Positions 10,989 through 26,665 of a DNA stretch of 43,582 nucleotides are shown here, piece after piece (the first letter of the stretch is position 1; the number at the start of each line of letters is the position of its first letter). Source of the DNA: Basidiobolus ranarum (Eukaryota). The notes under the pieces were generated by a model that did not search any database, was not told the DNA's origin, and saw only the letters and a program-made list of their open reading frames with translations. The position numbers and the translations under genes were made by a program. The DNA lies in NCBI GenBank assembly GCA_040143965.1, contig JASJQH010006907.1, forward strand, positions 1-43,582, given 5' to 3'.

Positions 10989-13900
10989 CTAACGTTTCTC
11001 TTTTACAAATAGCTGAAGACATATAAACGAAAGGATAATAAAAATGCAGAACATCATCGAAAGCTTTACAACGTCTGACCAATAATTGGCCGCGTTAAAT
11101 CCAAACGTAGATAGAATGGTGGCTCCGGGGATGTCAATCTGTAGGCCATACTTTTTCTCAGTTAATTGAAGATATTTCATCTCATTGACAAGCATGGCTT
11201 CTAATGCGTAATTGAAAAATGACAGGTCCTTCAACCACCTCAAGTATGGTGGAATAGAATCCTTATTCAAAAGCAATCCACCGAATAACATACTAAAGAG
11301 CATCATAAGACTGCTCAATAGGTTGGCTACCGAGATTTCCGGGAATACAATCCCTAAGAAAAGTGAGATACTGGCAGCGGTCAAGTTGAATAAAACAAGA
11401 CCCACCAGAAATCTGCGGAAATGCTCAAATCCTGGTGCCAATCCACCCATGTTGTATATAATCACTCCTAGCAAAATCGGCGGGATAACACGTAATGGGA
11501 CAATATCAAACATGACCTTGGAGGCAAAATAAGTTATAGGGGAGTAATAGCCATTGGCACGTTCTCTTACAAACAAGACTCTCTCGCTAGCGAATACTTG
11601 TAACGAGGTAAGGCATCCAAATCCAAACAAAGCACACACGAAGAAAAAGACACCCATCCGATTTTGAAATCCAGCAATATCGTTGGTAACTTGATAGAAC
11701 AAGAGACCACATAACACAGCCAAGAAAACGCTGATCACATAATGCGTTAACATAAGGTACGGGTTTCTATACAGGTTTTTGAACGTACGATCAGACAAAA
11801 TCCGATATTGTGTATACCATGAGGAACGTCGATATGTCCCCATATTGGGTACTGGTGCGCCGTCGATTTGATTTGACCCGACTATTCTCTCAATCTCATC
11901 TACAACACCATGCGCCAAAACGCTACGTTTGTACTCTCTCACTAACATCAGTAAATGGCTGGACATTCCTTCGATTGTCTCGGAACTTCTGGAGGAAGTG
12001 GTGGAACTACGATTACCACCAGTCCAGGGACTTACTTCAGTTTGCCATGGGTTGTTGACTTCAGGCGGTGTCGAAATAATAGGAGGTAGATCATCGAAGG
12101 GATTAGTAGAGGATGTTCGATGAGGAGAATATAAAGAGTCTTCTTGCATAACACGAATAGAGCGCCTATGGTTGTTTTGAGAGGTATCTACTTCACCCGC
12201 ATTGTTGGAATTGGACAATCCAGGAATGAGCTCTTCGTCATCTTCAAAATCCTCTTCTGATGGTTTCACCGCATGCTTACTCAAGTCAACCACAAAATCA
12301 GCAATGTTAAAGCCGAGGGGACAAGGATGGCCGATACTCTCAAAATGGGAACGGACCTTAGAAGCCATGCCAGAGTAAATCATCCACCCATCAGCCAAGA
12401 GAACTAACTGATCAAACAAGGTGAAGATATTGCTACGTGGTTGATGAATGGTAAAGATCACTGTTCTGTTGTAGTTGCGAGCCAAGGTGACAAGGCATTC
12501 AATAACATTATACGCATTATAAGCATCCAAGCCAGAAGTAGGTTCATCAAGGAAAAGAATAGACGGGGATGTAACAAGTTCACATGCAATAGAGACACGA
12601 CGTTTTTCACCACCGGAAATACCACGTGAACTCGAATCTCCAATGAAGCTATCCTTAATTCCCAAAATACCTAACTCGGACATGGTTTGATGCACACGAT
12701 GCTTTTTAGCCTCCGACGACATGCTACGTGGGAGTCGCAATAGGGCAGAGTAAAGTATGGTTTCATATACCGTTAACGTAGGCATTAGCGTATCCTCTTG
12801 ATCAACATAGCCAACAACTCGCTTAAACTGAGAATCACTGATAGTGCTTCCGTTAACAAAAATATCACCAGTAACCAATCCAGATTTATTCTTACGAGCG
12901 AGAATATCCAAGAACGTTGTCTTTCCAGCGCCTGTTAAAAATTGAGTTTGATATGTATTAGGTACTAATTGACTGAAGACCGTTTCTTTTATAGTAAAAC
13001 TTACCAGAAGCACCCATGATGGCCATCACTTGACCAGGCTTTACGATGCCGTGCACATTATTTAAAACCTGCTTCTTTCCAACAACGTAATTCACCCCTC
13101 TAAACATCAATGTCGTAGGTGTGTGATTATCCATTAGTTTACCGGCTTCATCATCTGGATTGTACTGATCAAGAGGTAAATAATCGCTAGGGGCTTTCTT
13201 GTTCTTTCGGACAAGATAGATGCCACCTAAATCCTAACTAGTAAGCATATACGAAATGAAATAAATATCCAGCAACAATCGCATACCAGTACCAACTCCA
13301 AGGATGAACATTAACACAGAGACGATGGAAATTATCATGAGAGATGTATTCTTGGGCTTTTCAGGTCTCTGCATGAGAGTTTAGATGAATGATTTTGGTC
13401 AGAAGAGTAGGGTAAAGGGAGTGGAGACACCCACTTACAATGTATCCAGGGACTTGAGTGTAATGTAGGCATTCTCCAGAGTGGCAATTCAAAGTAATGT
13501 AAGAATCTCCAAAAACCGACAAGATCAAGTCGTTCATGGCAGGTTCTAACAAACACTATACTGAGCATGATGACTACAATTGTGAGATGCTGTTTGATTG
13601 GTTTACCTTCAAACTTACACCCATCTTCGGTGTTACATTTGAAAGAGGCAGGCCCCTCTATTTCCTCTTCCAAAAACTCAGAAATGTCTATATGAAGTAA
13701 CGAGTCATATATGGACTCAGTATAAACGTTCTTTCTTCCATATGCTTATCATATACATACCGATGGATCCTTCTTTGCCGCAAAGCATTTCATCGGCCAT
13801 GCACTTGCAACGAATGTTAGGGCAAGTGTAGTATGTGGCATTTCCGTTGTAACTCCTATCTAAAATTGGAGTGTTTTACGGGTTAATCAACGGAATAATG

Positions 13901-14902
13901 CAGACAAACAAAGAAGTCTACCTTCTCGAAATTCGCAATGGTCAAGTGTACAATAGAATGATTCGACTTGATCAATCCAAACTTTACGTAATTATTCGGG
14001 TTAGTTTACGTAAAAGTATTGGTTAGTATAACTCTCTTACATTGGAAGCCACAAGTCCTTTCATTCGCATTACAGTTGAAAGTAACCTGAGGTGGTTGAT
14101 CAGGCAACATATCAATGATCTTTTTGTCTAAACGTAAAGCATTATGAGACCCATAAATTACACAAGTAAGCAATAAAGATACATACTGGTCACATCACAA
14201 ACTTGGTAATTGTTAAACACAACCAAACCACCCTTGTAGCAGGTTCCATTTTGTCCAGTAGGCACGAGAGCATTGCATGCAAGGTCAGTTTCGCAAACTA
14301 AAATCGGTTGTTAGAAGACATATTACAAGTGTACAGTTCAAAATAATATCTTGGTAGTACATACTATTGCAGTTGATGCCACCCCAACCATCAGAACATT
14401 GGCATTCTTTTCCTTGTCTTACTTTACGATCTTGGCCCTCAGCCAACGAATTACAGACTATATGTTGGCAGATATTTCATATTGATGAGTTCTCCGTCTT
14501 TATAGGTACATGTAAGGTTAAAAACGTACCTGGTTTGGAACAATCATCTCCACCAAAACCTTCGGGGCAACTACAGCGTCCATTGAATTCGTTGCAATCC
14601 GAGAACTGTGTACACGTATCCGATGGAAGCATACAGTTAAAGCAAGGTGGACATTGATCTTCAACCGTTTGAAAAGGGTTGCGTTTTCGATGTGTTACTT
14701 GAGGTTGCTTGAAAAGTGATTGAGGTGACTCCCCGGTGACATACCCAGCAATTCTTGACTTGCCTATAACTTCTCCAGGTATATTGCGAGAACTCTGAAT
14801 AGGCGAAAGAAGATCATCTCCAATGGCGAGTGGAGGCTTACGCCCGGACACAGCTAAAACGAGAAGTGTCCCGAGCAACAACAAGGAAGGAAAACGCAAC
14901 AT
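10989..14902 (-). CDS. ADP1: ADP1-like ABCG half-transporter with signal peptide and Cys-rich/EGF-like ectodomain
   Basis: Signal peptide [20 protein letters not shown], then CPPCFNC/EGF-like Cys-rich exons and a TM helix. Walker A GASGAGKT is split by an intron near 12932-13004. [12 protein letters not shown] signature, LFLDEPT and a multi-TM ABC-2 domain follow. Confidence 0.93.
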
Positions 14903-15769
14903 CAAGCGTATCGAAACGGAAGAGTATGACAGAAAGAAATGCTAGAGACGTAGCCAAACTCTATTCTGACTTGTCCTATTTGAGAGCAGAGTAGATACAA
15001 TAAGGATTAAGATTATCTATGAGCTCGATTGGAATTTCATTTGGGATCGTAACTTCCCGAGTATTTATGAACCTGGAACCCTAAACCTTATTCTGCACGA
15101 ATACTAGAGTGATTGAAATTGAATCATATTACCTTTTATGAAGAATAGGCATCACCAAGTATCTGATTCGCATGCATACGAAATCCGAACCTCAGTAATC
15201 TATGTATGTTAATGTTGGAGGGATATATCGAGGCAGTGCGTAAGTGCTTTCAGTGCGAGATACAAGTAAGAAGTACTTGCCCCCAGTAAGAGGCCCATTG
15301 ATACCTCATCAGCATTGACGAAATGGTACCACCACAACTTTTCGTCAGACACTTTCTCCAGCATTATTCGTGGATTTTAAAACATGTCCGTACAACGGAA
15401 TCTTGACTACTGATCATTCTCTCCCACTTGAGCAGGTTCATTTTCTACACACATTTAGCTAACAGATAGATATCTTTATCATGGTCGAACATTGAAATCA
15501 GGTCATCAATGAAGACATCCTGCATCAAAGCAAAGCCAAATCACCTGTACTGCTTGGCTTGGGGCTAAAGGATGTTATCCTTGATAATCCATCAATGAAG
15601 TTCCAAATCAATATCGGGTAAGGTGGTTGACGAAATTGATCCAATCTCAATTCATTATCTATTGCAAAGTTTTGATTTAATGTATATAAATAAAAAATGC
15701 ACTCTTATTCAATTTTGATGGAATATTAATGGCTTCATGCTGTTTGTAGTCTAATTTTTCCTAGTGAAC

Positions 15770-18700
15770 ATGGACAGTAGGTGACTTTAACAATACGTTA
15801 TAGAAGTATTGAATATTTCAAGCTCAACCGACTTCATATTTGTCAGGAAAACTCCAAAGAAAAGTTAAAACTCCAAAGTCCGAAAAAGAATCCCCTTCGA
15901 GTAAGTCAAATAAGCGAGCTCACTCTGATGAAGCCTCACCAAGTGCCAAGAAAACGCGTCATGATTTCGTGTGTATCCAACAGTACTTAATTTGCTCGAA
16001 TCAAGCTAAACTTTACTAACCATGTCATTCACGTTTCACTACGCGATCTTGTTATTTTATCAAGGTTGGAGATCTGAAGCATCTATTAAAGCAGTGTAAA
16101 GCGGTTTATCACGACATCAAGAAATACAAAGATGATAGGCACGATACACTTTTTATTACTAGCAACCTGCTTGGATCTTGTTGACTTATTCTTTATTTTC
16201 TATTTATTAGTGGAAGACACGTGTCAAAACTTTTTCATCACCTTCCTTCGCGCGAAGATTACCCAGATTACTTTGATGCCATCAGTAAACCTATCGCTCT
16301 AGACATGATCAAAGTGAGTTCTTTTCTTCAATCCTTTTATACTCATAAAGAGAGATGATTTACCAAAGCACTAGGACAAAATTGATCAAAAAGAATACAC
16401 AAGCTTGGAAGATTTCAAAGCAGACATAGAGTTGATGTTTGAAAATGCCAAACAATATAATACAAAAGGCTCACAGGTTTACAAAGACGCGGTTACACTT
16501 CAGGTAATTTTCCCGATGTTATTATTAATTTAGTTTGAGATTGTGGTTCAAATTTTTTATCCTTTGTAGAAAATTGCCTCCAAGGAGATAGCTAGTATTA
16601 AAGCGACCTTAAGTATAGAGTCCAATGAAAAAACTACACCGAAATTACCGAAAATAGTAATCAAAACGTCGAACCTTGTAATACCGGATTCTCATCGAAA
16701 GAAGCGGGTTAAAGAGGAAGAGGAGGAGGTAGTGGAAGAGGAAGAAGAGGAGGCGGAAGAGTTAGAAGAGGATTTGGATCATTTTAACGATCAAGGTATT
16801 TTTAATCTTTAGGATGTTCTATCGTGATTATCTACATTGTTCTCACATAGTCAAAGATAAATTCTTTGAAGCGGTGGCATCAGGAGATTCCAAAGTCGCC
16901 TTAAAGATCGCGAAATCGAAAGGATTTGATCCTAGTGGATTTCACGTAACTGACATATTTGGGGAGGCACTTGAGTGGGGGCCATTACATGCGGCTGCAT
17001 ATTATGGTTTAAAAGATGTTGTACCAGTCCTGATCGATAATGGTGCGGATATTGAACTTCGAGATAATGGATTTAAATCAACACCACTTGCATGGGCGGC
17101 CTTTGGAGGTTTGGATCAATTATATGTTTAATGTAAAATAGTGTTTGTTAAATCATATGCATCGTCAGGACACGATCAAGTGGCAAAGATGCTTGTCGAG
17201 GAGTATCATGCAGAAAAAGAGCCCGAAAACATCAATGGTCAGATACCGATACATCTCGTAGCTGATCCTGAAAATTCCAGGTGGTCATTTCTACTTCAAG
17301 TGAGCAAAGTTTACCTATGGTCACCGTTGGAACTATGTGCTAAGACTTTCTTTTTGAAGGAAACCGACGATAAACTTAAGGATGAAGAAGATGACAGTGA
17401 AGATCATACTCCGTTAATGGAGGAACTTCTCCGAACACTTGTTGAACATAAAGACCCAAGGTAAGAACGAAACCAGCAGTAATAGGTGATACGATATATC
17501 CTAACTATTTAATCTTGAATAGCGGCCGGTTCTGTGCAGATATGTTTATAGAACTTCCTTCTCGAGAGGAATATCCCGAATATTATGAGGTTACTGAAAA
17601 ACCCATGGCGTTTAGTATTATTCAGGTAGGTAATCATTATATGAAGTTGCTTATCGCTTATTAATATTGATTATCTGGCCTTAGCGTCGTATAAAAAAAG
17701 GCTACAATTCGTTCGAAGCATTTGACAGGGATGTTAGACTTGTCTTTGACAACGCGCTGTCATTCAACGAAAAGCGGTCACAGGTTTATAAAGACGCTAA
17801 AGTACTTTTGGTAAGCGAGAAATATATACGCAATATGCAAGAACCTCACTAATCACCCAATCAGAAATTATACAACGTAACTAAGAAAGATCTGAGTAAA
17901 CGCTCACAAACGGTTTGTTATATTTTTGAATAATTCTCGTACGTATATCATCTTGTTTAACTTTGTTGTGAATTTACTTAGTTAGAGGACACGAGGGATT
18001 CTCTCGAATACAATGGAGTTACTTATTGTTTAGGTTTGTTCGGCTAAATATTCTAGATGACACTCTCATATAGCATATCGTAACCTTCTATCGGTTTAGG
18101 TGACTTTGTCTATGTCGAAGTGGACTCATCAGAGCAAGATAACATTGCTATGATAGAAAAGCTATGGGTGGAGAAGTGAGTTATTTTCTTCATTCGTATG
18201 TATTATTAGAATTGTACCAACACTCTATGGTAAATGAACAGCGATGTAGAATACTTCAGTGGGCCTTGGTATTTCCGAGCTGATCAGGTAACTTTTAACT
18301 TTCCCACCGCAAGACTGCTCCTGTGCTCATATTATGTATATAGACCTTTCATCCGCCATCAAAGAAATTTTACGAAAACGAAGTATTCAAATCCAACAAC
18401 GTTGACGAGCATCCCTTGAAGAATGTAACCAGTAAATGTTACGTAATGTATATCAAAGACTATCTCAAAGGTAAACCATTCGCGTCTGATGACCAATACT
18501 TGATCTCTGATTAAAAGTGTTTGCTATTCAGGATATCCCAAAGACTTTGAAAAGGAAGATGTTTATGTGTGTGAATCTCGTTATTCGGATACTACCAAAA
18601 GCTTTTCTTCAATCAAAGATTGGAAAAAAACGCTAAATGTCGAAAACAAGAATTCAGTAGAGATTATTTCTTATCAGAAACCCCTGAAATTAAACAAAAT

Positions 18701-19890
18701 CAGTTCACCATTGTTCAATATGGATGGAGAATTGATTCGCAAATCTGAAGAAGTCGGCAAGGATGACACTAGTACCCTGAAGCTTAGAATTCCCAACAAG
18801 TTTACCAATACTTCTCCACGAACTAGCACCGTTGCGCATGGAACATCTCCAATATCTCCAATGAAAAGCCCGATTTCCAGTGAGGCGGGCGATGCCTCTA
18901 AAGATTCTTCCACCTCTCCAAGGGACTTGAGCATTGACAATGAGAACGACGATAATATAGATGTTGTTGGCATTTCCTCTAAATTAATATCAAATCCTTT
19001 GGATGACCAATCTGATTCCGAACAAGAAAACACTGTATCGTCTCCTCCACCCGCTTCAACCCCACATAAATCACCAGAAACTGATGACATTTCGCCTTCG
19101 ACATCTCAAAAACCAGTTACTTTTATGCCAAATGTAACCGCCAATAATTATTCATTGTCTGAAGACACCTCGAAATCTCAGCATTCTATTATGGCAGCTG
19201 CCCCAAGCACAGGCTCAACAGTATTGCCTAACAAAAGCTCACCCGCAAAACAGCCGGACACTTTATCAGAACGAACGTTCATCTCAGGATCCCTATCAAC
19301 TTCAACCGCGACAGCCATACCAGAGTCACTTCCGGGATCACAGGCATCACTGCAAAAGCCCTCTCAGGCCCCAGTGGTGCCCACTATGGTACAGCAGGTT
19401 GCTCCACCGGCTCCACCATCTCCTCCAGGTAATCAGAAGAAATAAGTTGAATTTCGTTATAAAACACTACCTGACTAATCCTATACATCTAGATATCCAA
19501 CTGTTGTCATGTATTGAACTCGAATCAGATGACCAATCGTTCTACCTCTGCCTTGACACAGCCACCGCTGCGCATAGTATATCCGTAGGATCTCAAGTTA
19601 GACATCTCGTAGTCAAGCCTAATATGATGAAGAATATAGTAAACCAACGAGTATTGGTATTTCTGTTTCAAAATGCCAGACGAGTTCAACCAACGGCCAA
19701 TCAATCCAAAAAGATAGCACCATCATCCAACCCAGCGAAACCAAACTCATATCTGGTCAATCTACAACCAGGGTTGAATTCTCTAGAAATATGGGCAACT
19801 ATTCCGTCACCACAAATGAACAATAATTCATCTTCCCCACCAGCACATATGCAACAATTCAATATTTTTGTTACGCGTATGGGTATTTAG
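15770..19890 (+). CDS. Polybromo/RSC1-2-4-like chromatin protein: Bromo-Ankyrin repeats-Bromo-BAH-low complexity-C-terminal beta domain
   Basis: Spliced product: BD1 (LPSREDYPDYFDAISKPIAL...NAKQYN...SQVYKDA), ankyrin repeats (WGPLHAAAYYG..VLIDNGAD; TPLAWAAFGGH), BD2 (LPSREEYPEYY...NALSFN..SQVYKDA), BAH (GDFVYV...WYFRADQTFH...FYENEVFKS...YVCESRY) and a C-terminal LQPGLNSLEIW...FNIFV domain. The start (ATGGACA micro-exon at 15770) is less certain. Confidence 0.88.
16139..16210 (+). other. GC-AG intron in bromodomain 1 of the polybromo-like gene
   Basis: Junction GATGATAG|gcacga...tattag|TGGAAGA restores KDDSGRHVSKLF. No in-frame GT is available, and the same position in BD2 carries a GT-AG intron (17461-17522). 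Confidence 0.8.
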
Positions 19891-20412
19891 ATACGTTATA
19901 GAGTCCTTGACTAACTACGAACAGTTATAGCATCTCTCTAGTGGTAGTGAGATGTGTCTACTTTGAAACGCAAGCAACAAATGAAATACACATCGAATAT
20001 TTTTATAGGGTGAGATCTATGCAACACCCTCTTCATCTGGCCTGAACCATTCATTTCTCTGTATCTATAGTAAATCCATCAACCTTTGCTGCTTACGTTG
20101 TTGCTATCATTGGTGATGCTTTTCTTTAGATTCCTCTCTTCTCTAGTTATATATTACACCCATGCTCTTGAACAATCGATGCGAATTTGCCATCTATTTT
20201 AGCCTAGTGTTGGGTGTTGTGTTTATCATGTGTCAATAAACCGAAAACAAAATTGATCAAACTTGTGGAGAATTGGAAAAGGGCTTTCACAGAATATTCA
20301 CCATCTATATATTACTTGAAATATGGGAAAATATATTTATTTACTTGGATCTAACTAAACTTAATGTTAGATTAATGGATATTGTAATGAAACAAATGAA
20401 TGTTTTTTTACT

Positions 20413-21981
20413 CTAAACGCTCAGAATGGCCTCAGTCTTTGATTTAAGTTGCTCTTGATAAGGAGCAAGTGCTGGTTCAACACATTTAACTAAGAAGCTG
20501 TCAACTTGCTCAGGTGCACGGCCGATAAATGTAGAAGGATCTAAGAGTTTCTCCAAGTCTTGCCAGATGGGTTCGAAATATTTGGTGGACTTGACCCTTT
20601 CGATCAGATCATTGCTTCCACCTTCTACCTTGACTCTATGTGCGGCTTGGTGTGAGAGAACACGAATTTCTTCGTGACACACCTGTCTATCTCCACCTTT
20701 CTTGACCATTGCCATGATAATATTCTCGGTAGCCATGAATGGTAGTTCTTGATTGATACGTTGCTTGATAACAGCTGGATAAACAACCATACCATCGAAA
20801 ACGTTTTGAAGAATAGTAAGAAGAATATCAGCAGTTAAGTATGCCTCAGGGATACTGATACGACGAATGGCACTATCATCGAGGGTTCTTTCTAACCATT
20901 GAACACTTGAAGTTGCCAAAGCATCTTGTACCAAGATCATCAAATGTCTAGAAAGAGAGCAAATACGTTCACATCTCATAGGGTTTCTCTTGTATGCCAT
21001 TGCTGAAGAACCAATCTGATCCTTCTCGAAGGGCTCTTCAATCTCTTTCAAATTAGCCAACAGTCTAATATCAGTAGCAATCTTATGAGCGGTAGCACCG
21101 AAAGAAGAAAGAGGTCCTAGAACATCATTATCAACTTTACGAGAGTATGTTTGACCAGTAACAGCATAAGGAGTTGAAAATCCTGAAAGTTCGGTTACAA
21201 GCTGATCCAGTTCCTCTACTTTATCGTGATCACCATCGAATAAAGTCAAGAAAGAAGCCTGGGTACCGGTAGTTCCTTTGACGCCTCTGAATTGAAGATC
21301 ATCACGAGCACGAGTAAGGTTACGTAAATCCCAAAGTAATTCCTTTGTTAAAACGACGATTTAGTATAAAGAGAAATACATGGAATCATATAAATATATA
21401 TATACATACCTGAAGCCAGAGAGTAGCTCTCTTACCAACGGTGGTGAGTTGAGCAGGTTGGAAGTGAGTGAAGCCCAAGGTAGGAAGATCACGATATTCC
21501 TTGGCGAATTTGGCAAGTGAATCGATAACACAGGAAAGCTTGTTCAACAAAATGTCTAAACCGTCACGAAGATTTATAAGATCTCCGTTATCAGTTACAT
21601 AACAAGAGGTAGCACCAAGATGAATAATGGGAGCTGCTTTAGGACAGAGAAGACCGAAAGTATGAACGTGAGCCATGACATCGTGACGACGTTTCTTCTC
21701 CTCAGCAGCAGCCACTTCGTAATCAATATCGTACTAAAAAAATAGTAAGTAAGCTACTAAAAGGCAAAATATAATGAAATACCGTGTACCAAGTGCTGGC
21801 GCATCTCCTCTAAGGCTTCCTCGGAGATGTCCTTCAAGCCAAGTTGTCTTTCGGCAGTAGCAAGGTTGAGCCAGAGTTTACGCCAGTTGCTAAATCTCTT
21901 ATCATCGGAGAAGTTATAGGCCATCTCCTTGGAGGCATAACGAGAAGTCAGAGGACTTTGGTACTTGGCATGAGATTCCAT
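20413..21981 (-). CDS. ADE13: Adenylosuccinate lyase, 3 exons
   Basis: Exons 21981-21790, 21733-21410 and 21342-20413. Motifs [33 protein letters not shown] and the [11 protein letters not shown] fumarate-lyase signature. Confidence 0.97.
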
Positions 21982-23124
21982 GATGTTGCCTGTTTCTATG
22001 TAAAGTTTCCGAGGTAAACTGCGAAGACAAGATTGACGACAAGCAACTCTATACCAATTAATGAACAAAAAAATCACTCCCAGTTTTCTCGAAATTTTAT
22101 CTATCCAATAAAAAACGATCATAATTCTACTAATTTCCCCAAATATACTCTGACATACCATAAAAGCCAATCGTAAATGAATCATATCTTATCATATCAT
22201 GATTATCTATGAGCGCCAAAGGTTGATTTTCAGTAGCTGGAAGCTAATGTCCTACACATCAGCCAGTTACTGTTACGGATGCCTAAAAACTTCCCCGAAT
22301 GGTATTGAAGTGTTACTCTATTTTTGCCATTGAGGATGCATTGATAAACTGGTGCTATAGGCCTGTCATTTTCAGAGCGATCTCTAGGAAATGCTGTATG
22401 ATCCCTCCCTCCCCAGTATAATATTACCCCACTTCGATCTAGATAAGCCTCAAAAGACCTAAGGCCAATGATTAGTGCTTCCATACCTTAGTTTGAATCT
22501 AAATGTATCACAAGGAAATCTTAGATATCTGAAATCTTATTCAATAGGAACCCTGCCTTCTGATGCAATCTTTTCTGGGGTCATCATCTCCAATGTCTCT
22601 TTCATATCCCCATGAATCACCTGTCATTTGGCTCTCCTAATGAAATAATCGCATCATGCTTAGGATTGTAAATCAACTTCGAAGTTCGAGCCTGTAACAA
22701 TACTGGCCGAATGAAGAGTGTCGTAGCGAAGCACATTAGTTTAGGCCAACTTCCCTTCAGCTGATATCTCCCTGGTTTGCTGGAGGAATATCTCATGAAA
22801 TAGACCCTTCTCAATTGTATTTAGAGAGATATCTTTAGTGCTCGAACTATTTTACGAGAATTGAATCATTGAATAAGTTGAAGAGCTTAGTGTAGTGATG
22901 AAAGTAGGTAAAAGACTTTCTGATGTATTTATATACACAAGTACATATATGCACATGCATATACATACTCATATATTTATTGATTAACTCGATATGTGAT
23001 GCAATGGTGTTTGAAACTAAGGAACATTATGATCATTTCTTGAAATTTTATGATTGACTTGAGTGTATGTGAGTAATGATCATTTCCAAGCAATCGAATT
23101 TGCCTTATCTTGGGATGTAAGGCT

Positions 23125-23671
23125 CTAGATTTGATGTGGACGGTTATGGAATGGTGACCAGATACCACGAACTGAAGGAGTATCGGAGATAACTCTTTTC
23201 TTGAACGAACCAACTTTTTGACCGCTAGTGTCACGTAACAATTGAACTTGGTTCATAACTCCCTTGCGATCAAGATTCTTCACGCAAATAACTTTGTTCT
23301 TTCCGTTCACTGTAAAAGAATGAATCGACAATAAATTAGTAAGGTGTTTTTTTAGATAAAAATAAGGGATATAGCCAACGTACTATAGAAGCCACGAATA
23401 CAGGGATGTTTCGCAGGTCTAGGTTGAACAACAACTTCAATTTGGGGATTCTTTTGGGCAAACTCGATAAGCTCCGTCTTAAAGAAATCTCTAAGTTAAT
23501 GATTAATATAAGCTCTCACTTTAAACTTAGTCAAAATAGCAAAGACTATACTCACACCATGCCACGACTACTACCACCACGCTCGCAATAATGAAACACG
23601 AGTTTTCGGCACTGGAAAATAAAAGCTCCCACACCATTTTTATGAACAGCTGGTTTAACAACGGATGCCAT
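23125..23671 (-). CDS. MRPL51: Mitochondrial large-subunit ribosomal protein mL43 (yeast MRPL51), 3 exons
   Basis: MASVVKPAVHKNGVGAFIFQCRKLVFHYCERGGSSRGM...HPCIRGFY.NGKNKVICVKNL...SVRGIWSPFH matches the mL43 family. Confidence 0.93.
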
Positions 23672-24138
23672 GATATGTGATATTCTTATGTTGTGTCTGT
23701 TTCTTGCCAGAATACACGTAGCGGATATAAGGCAATCCCTATTTCTGCTTCAGAAGAGTATTCCACAAAAAGTTCTCCAACACTGAAGTGATTTTTTCTT
23801 GAGTAAATCTATAAAATTTGCATCTAAATGAATCTTCCCAAATTAAGGGTTGACCAATCATTGAATGGGAATGCGATAAACCTATGGTTCTTCAGAATAT
23901 ATTTTGGCAGGTGTATTTCTTAAGTTCTAATTTTATTTGAAAGAGTGTAGTTACGTATTGTTTAGTTTCTAACATAACCTATGAAATCATCCAATAAACC
24001 ATACAATATGATCGCATAAGCAGTACTTGTGATTACGTCTCCATCTCTGCGCTCACACTATGGCTCTAGTACAATAAAAAGACGCCCCCTCAATACTCTT
24101 TAGCACAACGTTCCGAATATACTAATACTTACAACAGC

Positions 24139-26025
<1,887 letters not shown>

Positions 26026-26665
26026 TCGTAACCATTGGCACCCTCCTTTGTTACAACTTCTCTTTATCCTTATGATTGCCAATCGTGTTGTGAATAAGAT
26101 ATATTCCCACCTTCTTTGTAACCATTCGCATCTTCTCACTTTCTAAACCGCTTAAATTGGAATAAATCAATCACAAAATACTATCTTTAATCGCGATATC
26201 ACTATTCTTGTTGATCACCAGCTCTACCGTAGATTCAGTATTTGATTTTCGATATTTAATAGCTGTGGTAAAGTCAAATTTGAAACACTTCTAAGGGGAG
26301 AGGTTTTATATACTATGATGGTGCCCAAATTCGGTGTTTGATGGAAAAACTAGGACATCAAATCAGTGTGTCCGTTCTTCTTTCGCACACAGCATATTCA
26401 GCCATAAATACCGAGACAGCTAGTAGCTAGTACAATAGACAATTTCACATTGATTTTAGTATTTATTGAGCAACATGTCAACAGACTAATATAAAAACGA
26501 ATCACAAAACACCCTTTTAGGCCATTTACAAAGACAAACACTCGAAATGAATCCCAAGCGCTCCGCTAGTAAAAGTGCATAGGAAAAGGTGTCTGATGAG
26601 TCGCCATATTCAGTTTAGGAAATACATATGCTGAAGTAAATACCCTCTTTCACTCTAGAAAGGAT

